NCBI RefSeq assembly: GCF_006345805.1
Contig: NC_042999.1
Location: 63,116,001 to 63,180,000, forward strand
Length of the DNA: 64,000 bases
Reading direction: 5' to 3'
Source of the DNA: Octopus sinensis
Taxonomy: Eukaryota
Part shown: positions 25,118 through 38,352 of the stretch, in pieces
Layout: every line of letters starts with the position of its first letter
How positions within the stretch are numbered: position 1 is the stretch's first letter
Translations under genes and position numbers: made by a program
The notes under the pieces: generated by a model
Databases searched by the model: none
The model's input: only the letters and a program-made list of their open reading frames with translations
Told to the model about the DNA's origin: nothing

Positions 25118-26425
25118 TCTGTGTGTGTATATGTTAGTATCTGTGTTCATCCCCCACCACCACTTGAATCTGGTGTTGGTATGTTTATGTCCCCATAACT
25201 TGGCAGCTCAGCAAAAATGACTAATAATTAAGTACCAGGCTTTAAAATAATAATAAAAAATACAGAGCGGGGGTTGATTCATTTGATCAAAAATTCCTCT
25301 GAGTGGTACGCCAGCAAGGCTGCAGTCTAATGACTGAAACAAGTAAATGCTAAAAGATACGCTACATCTAGATAAAAGATAGGAAGGACATGACAGGAAC
25401 ATTTTGCTCAGTTAGGTCTGACCTGGGACTAAAAACAACTGTGAGAATTACAATTTAACATTAACCCTTACTTAACCCTGCTATTGGCTTTATCTCTAAA
25501 TCTATGAGTGCTTATAAAGGACATGGAAATTGCTCCTCCTTCTCAGACTAATTAAAGAAAAAGGCAAAGTAACAAAAATTGCTTATTTTGTAAAAATTTT
25601 AAATGTCATGTTATTCTTGAAGGAATATTGACTGTTGCTGGCAGCACTACACACACACACACACAATGTGCACACACACACGCATTATGTGTGGTGCAGA
25701 TACACAACTATGCTTAAGCATGCAAAGAAAGTATCTATATGGTTGCTGAACATGCTAGAGATAACAACCAAATTTCATGTTCAAACCAAAATTTACTGTT
25801 TAAAAAAAAGGAAACAAGCATGGCTGTGTGGTGAAGAAGCTTGTTTGCAACTACACGATTTCAGGTTCAGTTCCACTGCAGAGCACCTAGGGCAAGTGTC
25901 TTATACAATAACCCCTGGACAATCAATGCCTTGAGAGTGAATTTAGTAGACATAAACATACATGTGTGCGTGTATGTGTTTCGGTTTGTCCACACTACCA
26001 CTTGATAACTGGTGTTGGTCTGTTTACATCCTCATAACTAAATGTTTTAGCTTAAGAGATTGTAAAAATATAAAAATACCAAACTTAAAATGCATAAGTA
26101 CTGGGGGCATTTTGCTTGGTTAAAACCCTTTAATCTGGTGCCCCAACATGGCTGCAGTTCAATGAATGAAACAATGATAGATAACAGATGAGATTAGATA
26201 ATGTAGTTCCAGATAACCATTTCTCATCCTCATGGGTGGTCATGGTTGGAATGCCATTAATCATAGCTCTGCTGGATCAAGGCTGACCTCGAACTAAACC
26301 TCAACACCTCAACCATCACACATTCTTTTACTTTATCAAATAAATTTAGTTTATTTCTCTTGAAGGCAACCAAGCTTCTTAAATGACTTGTCTCCACAGA
26401 TTTTGCTTCAGTTTCTTCTTCAGTT

Positions 26426-26807
26426 TTATTACCTCCGCCTTAGTGAAAGCAGAGGTATTGTTTTCGGTCATGTTTGTTTGTTTGTTTGTCTGTCTGTGGA
26501 CAAGATATCTCAAGAACTGCTGGATGAATTCAGATGAAACTTTCAGGAATGTCTGGCCTTGTGACTGGCATGAACTGATTAGATTTTGGGATTGATCCGG
26601 TACCGTACAAGGATTCTGGATTATTTTTCTGTTTTTTTTTTTTTTTTACTTAATTTTTGAGACCGGTCAGGTTCATTTTTAGTATTCTTGTTTGTGAGAC
26701 CAGCCGAGTTTATTTCAGATATTCTCATTTTAAAAATCATCAGCTAATCGTTGAGAGGACATTGGTGTTGCCTTGGCAGAGGTTTGCGCTCTCTGAGTGC
26801 TCTGGTT
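26426..26807 (+). mobile_element. HINE / DINE-1-like non-autonomous Helentron
   Basis: Starts TTATTACCTCCGCC, has a (GTTT/GTCT)n tract, 3' sub-terminal inverted repeat TTGGCAGAGGT and short palindrome GCGCTC-TCT-GAGTGC; sits in a T-rich site. Confidence 0.8.
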
Positions 26808-26829
26808 TTAATTGTTTTTGTTTTACAAA

Positions 26830-27215
26830 CACACTGTCCGGTGGCGTGGCACGTAAAAAACACCATTCGAGCATGATCATTACCTGCATCGCCTCACTGG
26901 CACTTGTGCTGGTGGCACGTGAAAAAACATTCAAGCGAGGTTGTTGCCAGTGCCACTGGGCTGGCTTCAGTGCAGGTGGCACATAAAAAGCACCATTTGA
27001 GCGTGGCCGTTGCCAGTGCCACTGGCCCTCGTGCCAGTGGCACATAAAAGCACTCACTACACTCTTGGAGTGGTTGGCGTTAGGAAGGGCATCCAGCTGT
27101 AGAAACTCTGCTAGATCTGATTGGAGCCTGGTGCAGCCATCTGGTTTGCCAGACCTCAGTCAAATCATCCAACCCATGCTAGCATGGAAAGCGGATGTTA
27201 AACGATGATGATGAT
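26830..27215 (+). mobile_element. SINE family C copy
   Basis: GGTGGCACGTAAAAAGCACC-type internal repeats, RTE-type 3' end and (GAT)n tail. Confidence 0.88.
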
Positions 27216-27469
27216 TGTCCATCTCTCTCTCTCTCTCTGATATTTTATTAAAATGTCTTATTCTTATAAGGAAGGTTGTCTGATGTTATGAAGAGTATCC
27301 AGCAACAAATAAATAAATAAATAAATAAATAAACCATGCCAAAGCAGATACTGCAGTCCAGTGTAGCTTTGTGGATCACCAGATCCTCTCAAACTATCCA
27401 ACTCATGCTTGTATGGAAAAAGAATGTTAAATGAGGAAAATGAATTCTTAAATTCTATTCTATTATATA

Positions 27470-27839
27470 CTAGCACTATGACCTGGCAATACTAGGTCAT
27501 AGTACTAGTGCATGCATATACAGCTGTGTGCGTGCGCACATGCACGTGAGTACTGTCCAAATCTCCGACCAATCACATACAGCTAGCTGGCACTGAATTG
27601 GCGTATTAAGTTTCGGGCACTTTGATTGGGTTTTGGATAAAAAATTCACAAAAAAGTCACTTCTATTGATCTTTTAATGGCTTTGTGGGGTGACTGGGGA
27701 AATGTAAAGATGTGCACGACCACCCTTGGACGGTTTTGAATGACCATAGAAAGTGCAAGCCCTCTAACTGAAAAATTGTGGATTTGTATAAAGGACACAC
27801 ACACACAGACAGACATTTTGCCGTTTATATATATAGAGA
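27470..27839 (-). mobile_element. Non-autonomous Helitron-like element (second copy of 6126-6505)
   Basis: Reverse complement aligns end to end with 6126-6505, including the 5' TCTCTATATATATAAACGGC and the terminal hairpin/CTAG. Confidence 0.8.
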
Positions 27840-28194
27840 TTTTTATGCTATTTGAAGTAACTATATTCCATGATGTTAATTCTATTTTACTTTAAAAAAT
27901 CTAATAGTACACACCCACTTAACTCATTTTTTACACTCACAGATCAACTGCAATATTTTTCATATTTCAATTTAGCACTTGAATAACCAGACTGTATTCT
28001 TTTTTTTTATGTGCCTAACAGATCAGACAGTGCTAACATAGCTTGAACATTAAGGCCACACTGACTTATCTCGCATGAGTGATTAAAACCACACTGACAT
28101 GATTAGCACAAAGATAAAACAACAATGGCATATTAAGCACGACCAGTTAGATTGCTGGTCCTCAAACATTACAAGTTCCTGTTCACCATCATTA

Positions 28195-28390
28195 TTTTAA
28201 CATCTACTTTTCCATACCTGCATGGGTCGGATGAAGCTTATCGAGGCAGATGTTTCTCATTATATCAAACCTCACCTGTTTCCAAGCACGGTGATATTTT
28301 CCCATGGCCAGACTTGCTTATACAGAATATTGGAAATGAACGACACTGCTTGTATGTCAGTGACACTCATTTACAAATATCACACAGTCA
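28195..28390 (-). mobile_element. RTE-tailed SINE variant (family C2); other copies at about 2600-2770, 31385-31610 and 40790-40942 (+)
   Basis: Shared CCTCACCTGTTTCCAAGCAAGGTAATATTTCCCC...GGAAATGAACGACACTGCTTGTATGACAGTGACACTCATTTAC block. Confidence 0.7.
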
Positions 28391-29299
28391 AGATAAAGAC
28401 ACATACACATTAGGCTTCCTTAACTTTCTATCAACTGAATTTACTCACAAAGCTTTGGACAGCCCAAAGTTACAGAAGAAAATACTTGCCCAAGGTGCCA
28501 CATAGTGAGACTGAACCTGTAACCATGAGTTGAGAAGCAAAATTCTTAATCACACAGCCACACCTGTTTAAAAACAAAACTTTTCAGCTCTACTCCTATC
28601 TCTTTAATAATGGTTTTCAGGTACATGGTTAGCAATTTTGAGGTGAGTAGGTATTTGTTAATACCATTGGTCACAGTTTGTGACACTTCAACTTCTTTTA
28701 ATAACGAGATGACTAAACAGATTTTGTTTCCATATAATTTTTTCTTCACTATAGTGTTGGACAAACTTAAAAAAACAAAAAAGTTAAAACCATCTTTTAA
28801 TTCTATTAAATATGGCACTTTATCTGTTGCTTTTCAATTCTCACAGCCCCTTCCTCATGAAAAAAACCCCCTGATTTAGATCACCCTGACATGGCTAGCA
28901 CTAATGAATGACAGATCTAGCATGACCAATTAATCCATGTTAGCATAACCAGTGTGTCTGATTAGACCATGCTAACATAGTAGTGATTAGGCCATTGTTG
29001 GTTAATCAGACCATACTAATATGGCTATCATAGTAACAAATAATTGATAGTGACTTGTTTACTGCCTACTTATTTCTTCTTCTGAGCATATTTACTATTC
29101 ATCATTTGTCCCTCTTATTGCTTTACTTTGTCATCTTGGCACTTATGTGCATAAACAAATGAATACGTAAGTTACATGACTTACTGAAATTGAATTTTTG
29201 ACTTGTAATACAAGTCTGATGCCATTGTGAACTTCAGGTTCTTGCCTGAAGATCACAATGGAGTGAAACTTGAATAGCAAAACAAAAGTTCTGGTTCAA

Positions 29300-29560
29300 T
29301 ATATATATATTATATAAAATCTGTTCCGTCTGTCTGTGTGTGTGTCTTCTAGGATCTCGGGCATCCTCCATCCGATTGCGCTCAAATTTGATATGTAGAT
29401 ACCAATGGTATCAGAGTGAGTATAAGTCTTGAAAAAATTACAAAAATCGATTCCAGGTGAGAATGCAATCGATAAAGCCGTGGGAACATGCATTTGTATG
29501 CGCAACTACATCAGCTGTTGTGATCAATACTACGCATACACGCGAAAATGTCTATCTTTA
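29300..29560 (+). mobile_element. Truncated DINE-1/Helitron-like element (different family)
   Basis: TATTATATAAAA start, (CTGT/GT)n tract and CCGATTGCGCTCAAATTTG motif typical of these elements. Confidence 0.5.
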
Positions 29561-30225
29561 TTTCTTCTTTTGCTGGTGTCTCAAATTTAAGTTAAATCAG
29601 TGTTTCTCAAAAGGGAGGCCAATGGGACGGTCGGACAAGTTGTTTTGACAACTCAGCACCATCCATTAGGCAGGGGGGTTTGGGGGGTGCGCGTATATAT
29701 ATATATATACACACACAAAATATTTCTCACTACACAACAACTCCATTGAAGTGTGTTGTTGTTTAACCTCAGTCCTGCTGTGATCAAATATATCTATGAC
29801 CAAAGGCCTTCCAGCTACATCTATCTAATCTTTTTAGGGGGCATGAAGGACTAGATTATCAAATTTTATTTTTCAGAACTGGACTTAATCTGTTATTCAG
29901 TTTAATACCACTACTTAGTCCATTGGTATTTTTAGTAGAATCTTCTGTGTTGTATGCATTTAAACCATTTAAACCTTGCATCTGCTCTGAGGATAAACTC
30001 ACCCCAACCTTCTTCCTCTGATTAAACCTTAAAAAGATAAAGAGTAAAAAAAAAAGTAAAAAAAAAAAACAAAGAAGAAAAATGAAAAAAACTGGTAAAA
30101 TTTGAAGGAGACCTGGCAGCTATTATAAGTCCCCCTCAAATGTAGTTTGAGCATTTCTAGTGATTCTGCTACTGCTGCATTCTGGGAAAACGAGTGCATA
30201 TCATCCCACCCTCCAAAAGCCTTAC

Positions 30226-30326
30226 TTCTGCATATGTATATATGGTACAGTAAAAATTGTACAGACTGAAGAAGAAACAGGAAGTTGGGGAGGTAGAGGG
30301 TGAGGAAACAAGTCTGCGTTTGTGAA
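30226..30326 (-). other. Candidate exon of the minus-strand gene (frame unresolved)
   Basis: CTCAC branch-like motif and pyrimidine tract ctcttccctttttcttccccAG, donor GAA|GTAAGG; all three frames are open. Confidence 0.35.
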
Positions 30327-30580
30327 CTGGGGAAGAAAAAGGGAAGAGGTGAGTTTTAAACTAAGAAGCCACAATTGTAAACACATCATTACAGACTCTC
30401 CACTACCAACCTGTTTTCTCATTCCTTCGTAATACTTCTTTTCTTACCATCCATTTTTTTTTTTCAACAAATATACTCCCAACTCTTTCACAATAGCAGC
30501 ACCAACTTCTGTCTCTCGCGTATATACATATATATATCTCCCCCTATTTCCCTGCAGTTCTTCTCTTCCTCTTCTATCAG

Positions 30581-30662
30581 CAAACATTATCCATTCATGG
30601 CCACGCTCAGCTACCAAACTTTTATGTACACACCGGAGTTGTTTATAACAAGTGCGTATACA
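30581..30662 (+). other. Candidate plus-strand exon
   Basis: Pyrimidine tract ttcttctcttcctcttctatcAG and donor ACA|GTAAGT; two frames open. Confidence 0.3.
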
Positions 30663-32361
30663 GTAAGTTGTTCACCCACCTATATACGTAGCCCCATAAG
30701 TAAACCAGTATTTATGACTATGTTAATGTCCAAATGCTATCTGATTTTCAGGACACTTGGTATATTGGACAAACAATTATGTACATGGTATATGTGTATA
30801 AAATTGAAGGTGCATGGCTCAGTGGTTAGAGTATCAGGCTTACGATTGTGAGGTTGTGAGTTTGATCACCAGACTGTATGAGCAAGGTACTTTATTTCTT
30901 GTTGTTCCAGTTCACCCAGCTGTTGTAATGCCACAGGTAACAAACTGCATCAGCTTTTACTTTTCCTTTGGACAACATCAGTGGCGTGAAAAGGGGAGAC
31001 TCTGTTTTAATGGCAGAACAAACATGGGAATTCCATTACAAAAAGTTTTAATCGATTTTCTCAGTAACTCTGGGGGCTAGGAAAAAAAATATACAAACTG
31101 CATTCCAATTTATGCACCTGTCTCCACATGTGTGCCATTTTTCATGTGAATCCACCCAGCCATTTGGCTGTGAACCTCAACACAAGAAAGAATACAACGA
31201 TTGCCCATGTCCAATTTATATTATAGATGAAAAGTATGTGTGAGAGCAAGTGTGATCCTACCTGTTATATATGAGAGCATTTAACTCACATGACAGTAGA
31301 AAGAAGGAAAACATTTCTATTGACTATTTTTGCTTGTTTTTTTTTTTTTAAATAAGATGTCCTCTCAACATAGAATATCATTGTTTTAACATCCACATTT
31401 CCATGCTTGCATCGGTCAGATGAAGTTTATTGAGGTAGATTTTCTATAGCCAGATGCCCTTCCTGTTGCAAACCCTCACCTATTTCCAATCAAGGTAATA
31501 TTTCCCCATGGTCATACATTTTTTGCAGTAGATTGGAAATTAATGACACTGCTTGTATGACAGTGACACTCATTTACAACTATCTTGTCAAGACAAGGTG
31601 ACACATCCAGACATCATTATTTATGACAGGCATCTTTCAGTTATTGTCAACTAAATCCATACACATGGCTTTGGTTGGGCTGGAGCTATAGCAGAAGACA
31701 CTTTCCCAAGGTATCATGCAGTGAGACTGAACCCAAAACCAAATGGTTGGGATGCAAACTTCTTCGCCACACAGTTACACCTGTGTATATTTCTATCTTT
31801 CACACAAATCAATCAAATCCAAATGTTTGAGCTAGTTGTTTATGGAGTCTCTCACTCTGCTATAAATACTAACAAAATCTCTCTCAAATCATGCAGAATA
31901 AAAATAAATGAAAAAAGGAAAGACACATTGGATAATATTGGCAGCCATAAATTTAAAGAGAAATAAAGACTCATCTCGCCCCAGTGGAGATACGATCCTG
32001 GGTATGATTGAAAGCTTTTGATCCTAAGTCTGGTGGCCTCAAAACAAAAACAGAAAGTAATAGAGAATGTTGAAGATCCAGTCACGGTAATGGTAGAGAA
32101 GTAAAAAAGAAAATGGTTAAAGAGAAGGATTGCATTTAAAAGCACTAACTATGGTTGTCAATTTTATACACATAGCGATGACAGTTGTTGGTCGGTCTTT
32201 AACATAAAGTCAAACCTGATGAAGCAAATCAATGATCAAAAATATTTCCAATTGTGACCACCCAGTCTTATTATGGGTATCAAAGACTACATTATCCAAT
32301 TTAATACTTCAGTTTTTTTTTTAAGGGCAATAGGGTGTTATTATTTGGGAGATTTGGCTGC

Positions 32362-32366
<5 letters not shown>

Positions 32367-32423
<57 letters not shown>
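32367..32423. repeat. (AT)n microsatellite
   Basis: About 28 perfect AT units. Confidence 0.97.
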
Positions 32424-32425
<2 letters not shown>

Positions 32426-33383
32426 CAATGGATTAAATAATGTCAGTATTAGTCACTGGTAAGAATGACATTTGATGCGCTTGAATCAATATCATTTCTC
32501 ACTTAACCTATACTATCTTGGTCCATTGAAGTATAACTATACAAATGTGTAGCCTATTATTCAAATATTTCACTATTCTGTAGCAATGGGTGCAAAACTT
32601 ATCTAAGCATATAACTTTGTATTATTATTAGTAACACTACAAAGTTATACGAGCAGATCAGTTTTGAACCCAATTAATAATAATAATAATAATGAGGTGA
32701 GCTGGCAGAATCATTAGTACACCAGACAAGCTTCGCTGAGGTTGATGTAATCAATTTACCCTTTCACCTGAAATTGCTTACCTTGAGCCAAAAATTTGAA
32801 ACCATTAATAGTAATAATGAGAGAGGTGGAGAGGCTCCATCAGACTGAATTGCTCCAAGGTACAGTATATAAATACTAATTCTATAAGCAAAGTTTCTGT
32901 CAACTGTTTGTTATGGAGTCATTAAGATTTATGATACTGAATCAAAATATCTAATTCAAAAAAGTTAATTTGTGTTGATTACATTTGTGTATCATTATTG
33001 TCTTCAGGAAAGGCAACGAGCTGGCAGAAATGTTAGCACGCTGGCCGAAATGCTTAGCGGTATTTTGTCTGTCTTTACATTCTGAGTTCAAATTCCGCCG
33101 AGGTCAACTTTGCCTTTCATCCTTTCGGGGGTCGATAAATTAAGTACCAGTTGCATACTGGAGTTGATCTAATTGACTGGCCTTCTCCCCCAAAATTTTG
33201 GGTCTTGTGCCTAGAGTAGAAAAGATTATTGTCTTCAGGAGCACTTTAATATGAAGTAAAGTACAATAGGGACGGTTTTAAATTCACTAGGTGTAAAACA
33301 TTTCAGTAAGAACAAAAAAACAACAAAAAAAGTCTAAGGTAAGTAGTAATGGTCAGAGTTTGGAACAAATAATACAATTTCAG

Positions 33384-33471
33384 AGAAAGAGGAGAGAGAG
33401 AGAAAAAAAGATCTAGAACAAAAGCTATACCATATTCAAGAAAGAAAAAGTGCATGTAATACCGGCAAGAG
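33384..33471 (+). other. Candidate plus-strand exon
   Basis: tttcAG acceptor and AAGAG|GTGAGT donor; open frame KEERERKKDLEQKLYHIQERKSACNTGK. The purine-rich composition weakens this evidence. Confidence 0.3.
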
Positions 33472-34569
33472 GTGAGTTCTGACATGACATTTCTTCAAAG
33501 AAGGATGCTGACCATAATGTGCAACGTCATCTCTCCTGAGAGCACATGAACTAATCTTGTTTTATGAGTTCTGTAATGATTTTTTTTCACTTTAGGCTAA
33601 AAGTATTGTAAGAAAACCTTAATGTTGCTCCTTGTAACTTCTCTCTCCTAAAACCTCCAAGTTTTTCTCTCTATACAACTATATATTTCACTACATATCT
33701 TAAGGTTAAAATAAACAGAGTGTGGTGTTCATGCCTTTCCTAAATACACTAGTGGGTAGTGTAAAGTGAAATGAATTGTCTTCAACTAGAGATTAAAACC
33801 TTATGGTTTCAGAATTCAAAGAATTTACCATTTGCTCTATGCTGGTAAATGGAAGAGGACAATGTGAATTTGAAACTTTCACTCAGGAACCACCCCCTCT
33901 CAAAAACTCCTTTTTTAACCACAATCTATACTTACATTCAGATTGGTGGTTGCTCCTCTTTGCTAGTCAACATAACTTCTCTATTTAGACTAAGCTTTCC
34001 TTTTACACATTCACACATTACCATTTATTATTAGCACTGACATATGAAAGACTGTGTCTTAGATTTACTTGCATCACATTCTTAGCATTAACATGTCAAA
34101 TTCTCTTCACTGTAGCTGGAATATTGCAGAGTTAAAAACGGTTTTTATTTTAATGCCAAAATATGATGATGACATTGCAAGTGAGAGGTGTCAGCCACTT
34201 CAGGCAAACCAACTTCACCACATTAGCTGTCCTATTTTATCACTTCCTCTGAAAATATTTCTGATGTGCTTCCTGCCAAGTAAATAATCTTAATTATTTT
34301 GTAATCTTATATAACCAAATTCCTTTAGTCGAATTTATTTCTCAACACCCATCCTTAATATTTTTACATCTGTTTGTCACACTGATCATCAAAATCACAT
34401 CTCACGTAGTTGTCATTATGTCAAGCTACCGATTGAAGAGCCTTCACTTAGTCACTTGTCAATAGCTGTGCATTGCGTTGATGCCAAACTCACAACTTTC
34501 AATGGTCCAATCTGACTGAATGAAAATAGGTATGACTGGGAGGAAAGTAACACTACAACTGTGTATAGT

Positions 34570-35185
34570 CGCAGGCATGGTTGTGTGGTTAAGATGCTTG
34601 CTTTGGAACCACATGGTGTCAGGTTCAGTCTCAATGCATGACACATTGGGCAAGTATCTTCTACTATAACCCTGGACCACCTAATACCTATTTCTTTACT
34701 ACCCACAAAGGGCTAAACACAGAGAGGACAAACAAGGACAAACGGATTAAGTCGAATACATCGACCCCAGTGCGTAGCTGGTACTTATTTAATCGACCCC
34801 GAAAGGATGAAAGGCAAAGTTAACCATGGTGGAATTTGAACTCAGAATGTAGCGGCAGATGAAATACTGCTAAGCATTACGCCCGGCGTGCTAATGTTTC
34901 TGCCAGCTCGCCACCTTAATACCTTGTGAGTGAATTTGGTAGACAGAAACCTTGAAGAAACCAATGTTATGTTTGTTTCTCCCTCCCTACTACTGTTTGA
35001 CAACTGGCATTGGTTTGTTTACATCCACATAACTTAGTGGTTCAGCATAGAGACTAATAGAATAAGTACCAGACTTAAAGAAAAATAAGTACTAGGGTTG
35101 ATTTGTTTATCTCAAACTTTCAAGACTGGTACTCCAGCATGTCTGCAGTCCAGTGACTGAAACAAGTAAAAGATAAAAGATATGT
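34570..35185 (+). mobile_element. Old SINE A copy interrupted by a younger SINE B copy (34688-34917, minus strand)
   Basis: Family A head and tail are separated by a family B insert flanked by TAATACC duplications. Confidence 0.85.
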
Positions 35186-35262
35186 TATTACTGACACATA
35201 TATTGTCAGTGTGCTCAGATTCTTACAAGAGGATGTCTGATGAAAGCAAGTCATAAATGATT

Positions 35263-35660
35263 GAGCATTCTGTAGTATACCAATAACTTTGGCGGTTTAC
35301 AAGACCAGGAATTGAGCCTTCTGTAGTATCCCAATAACTCTGGCACTTTATGAGACCAGGAATCGAGCCTTCTGTAGTATCCCAATAACTTTGGCAATTT
35401 ATGAGACCACAAATTGAGCCTTCTGTAGTATCCCAATAACTTTGGCGGTTTATGAGACCAGGAATCGAGCCTTCTGTCGTATCCCAATAACTTTGGTGGT
35501 TTATGAGACCAGAAATGAGCCTTCCCAATAACTTTGGCGGTTTTTGAGACCAGGAATTGAGCCTTCTGTAGCATCCCAATAACTTTGATGGTTTATGAGA
35601 CCAGGAATTGAGCCTTCTGTAGTATCCCAATAACTTCGACGGTTTATGAGACTAGAAACT
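35263..35660. repeat. 51-bp minisatellite, 8 copies
   Basis: Unit GAGCCTTCTGTAGTATCCCAATAACTTTGGCGGTTTATGAGACCAGGAATT; copy 6 has an internal deletion. Confidence 0.95.
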
Positions 35661-36764
35661 GGAAGAATATTTAATTTGAAACACTTGTATAAACTGTTGC
35701 TGCAGTTAGAGTGCTGGCTGTATATTCTATATGACAATGAAAGAATGAGGGAGCTTTTAAATGATCACTTGGCCAGCTAGAAATATTACATGTCTCTCAA
35801 ATTATCTCTTATTTGTTTCAGTCAATGGACTGAGGTCATGTTGGGGCACTGTCTTGAAGGCTTTTCGTCAAACAAATTGATCCCAGTTCTTATTTTTAAA
35901 GCCTGGTACTTATTGTCATTCGTTAATGCCAACTGCTAAGTTATGGGATGTAAACTTGCCCAATGTGCCACACAGTGGGATTGAACTTGGAACATGAACT
36001 GCCAAGTGGTGGCAGGGAACAAACACAAAGACACACACACATACATGTACATGATCGGCTTCTTTCAGTTTCCACCTATGAAATCTACTCACAAAGCTTT
36101 GGTTGGCCCAGGGCTATAATATAACATACTTGCCCAAGGTGCCACAGAGTGGGATTGAACTTGGAACCATGTGATTGGAAAGCATACTTCTTACCACACA
36201 GCCACATCTATACTCAACTTTCTTATAATAAAAAAAACTACATTTGATAATATGAACCTCTCCCCATCCCCAAAAAGGATGGGATAGTCATGCCTACAAT
36301 TATACTTTTGATCATAAGTACTGAGTGCTTTGAATTCAAATTCTGTGGAGGTCAATGTTAACTTTCATTTTGTTTTAGGATTGATGAAAAAGAAGCAACC
36401 CTTGTGTCCAATTGGCTGCAAGCATTTGGGGTGAGGTCCTCAATTTGAGAAAACCTTCTTCCTTCCCATCTTTCTTCAGAGGTCTTGAGAATATTTATGG
36501 GCATTGCATTTCCTCTAGACTATGCAAAATAAAGAAATTCAGATCTGAAGATAAGGCTACATAAGCAAAATCAGATTGAGTTGAATCATGTGCTGTTGTT
36601 TTGCTGATTTACTAAATGACAATCTCAAACAAATTCTTGTACAGAAAAACAAACAAACAAACTAAAAGATGATTATTATGATTATCAGTCGCAGCAGCAT
36701 CCTCATCTCAGCAAATGGAATCAATAGAGAGTTGTATTGTTAAATCAAAGATGATTATATTTTG

Positions 36765-37335
36765 GCATCTTGGACAAGTGTCTTGTACTGTAGCCCAAGG
36801 GCAACCAAAGCCATGAGAGTGAATTTTGCAAGCAGAAACTGTGTGGAAGCTCACCATGTACATATATTTACACATGTACACACACACACATGTGCATATG
36901 TGTGTGTGTTCCCCACTGCTGCTTGACAATTAGTGTTGGTTTGTTTACATCCCCTGATACAGCAAAAGATGCCAATAAAATAAGTACTACACTTGAAAAA
37001 TAATTTTTTTTTATTGCCCACAAGAGGCTGAACATAGAGGGGACAAACAAGGACAGACAAACGGATTAAGTCGATTACATCGACCCCAGTGTCTAACTGG
37101 TACTTAATTTATCGACCCCGAAAGGATGAAAGGCAAAGTCGACCTCGGCGGAATTTGAACTCAGAACGCAGCAGCGGACGAAATAACACAAAGCATTTAG
37201 CCCGGCTTGCTAACGTTTCTGCCAGCTTGCCGCCCTATTTGAAAAATAAATATTAGGGTTGGTTTGTTCAGCTTACCTTCTAGGGTAAGTACCCCAGTAC
37301 GGCGGCTGCCCAATGACTGACACAAGAAAGGATAG
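36765..37335 (+). mobile_element. Old SINE A copy interrupted by a SINE B copy (about 37012-37215, minus strand)
   Basis: Family B insert flanked by TTGAAAAATAA duplications. Confidence 0.8.
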
Positions 37336-38123
37336 AAGATGAAAAATCACTGACTTTAATTACTCAGACACACCGTCTGCAATGAATGTCTATGGCCACG
37401 ACATACCCAACCTTACACACACACACACGCGCGCGCGATACAAAGTTCACTTTTAATACAGATTCTTCAACACTCAAATTCACATAACAGCAAATTAGTA
37501 ATCCAAGGAAAAAAGATAATCCGACTGTAAGCAGAAGCACTTACAACAGTAAAATGTTTTATAATCTTACAGTGACAAGTTCAATTCTTTCCACTGGGTA
37601 TTGTTTAGTTGGGGGAGCTTATGGGTTCAATCAACAGGCAGGCTTAGAATACATAAAGATGAAGTCTTTAGTGTTGCCTCTATGATTCAGTGGATTAAGA
37701 AATTCGCCACCCTCTCCATAGTATTATCTTGAAGTTAAATAATGAGAGAGAAACGGAAAGAAAAAAATTTTTGTCTTCTCTTATAAGCAAAATTCTATTT
37801 AGAGAAAAAGCGAAAATGACTGCACAACAATAAATAAAAAAAAGGATCGACATCGTTTTCTGGTGTGTGCGTGTATGTTTGTATAAAAATACACACATAT
37901 ACATACATAAGCACATATTCATCCGTACACAGAGAAACTTTTATATTTCTATCTAAATATATTTCATTATTTATGAGTCAGTTAAACATAGTGCAAATAG
38001 ATGTATATACATACGGACAAAAAGAAAACAGCACTCACGCATAATTACAGACACACACATACATACATACTATCATGCACGCACAAACAGCTATGCCCAC
38101 ATTACATGCAAACAGAACCAGAC

Positions 38124-38352
38124 GGTACTACTAGCGAACAGTGGTCCCGGTGCGCGCTCTCGCGCTAGCTAGTCGTGACTAGTCGATCCCACAACGACTA
38201 CGTAGCAAAGTAAATAAAACACAAAATAAATAATTTTTTCACACAAAGTAAAATAACACACAAAAACACAAAGTAAGGGATCGACTAGACACGACTAGCT
38301 AGCGCGGATGCGCGAGTACGCGCAACAGGGACCACTGTTCGCTAGTAATACC
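38124..38352. mobile_element. Mutator (MULE)-type MITE, 229 bp
   Basis: About 65-70 bp TIRs beginning GGTA(C/T)TACTAGCGAACAGTGGTCCC; perfect 9-bp TSD GAACCAGAC (38115-38123 and 38353-38361). Confidence 0.9.

Noticed and set aside
28870-29030. Degenerate short repeats and an 11-bp stem (CATGTTAGCAT/ATGCTAACATAG)
   Set aside because: Too degenerate to define a unit or element; probably a decayed minisatellite.
35263-35660. CRISPR-like array or reflectin-like repeat protein
   Set aside because: Units are contiguous with no unique spacers and no cas genes, in a eukaryotic context. The translated units lack the Met/Asp-rich reflectin motif.
36400-36520. Open minus-strand frame SRGNAMPINILKTSEERWEG after a good acceptor
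   Set aside because: No convincing donor, and the frame runs into a degraded SINE; insufficient support.
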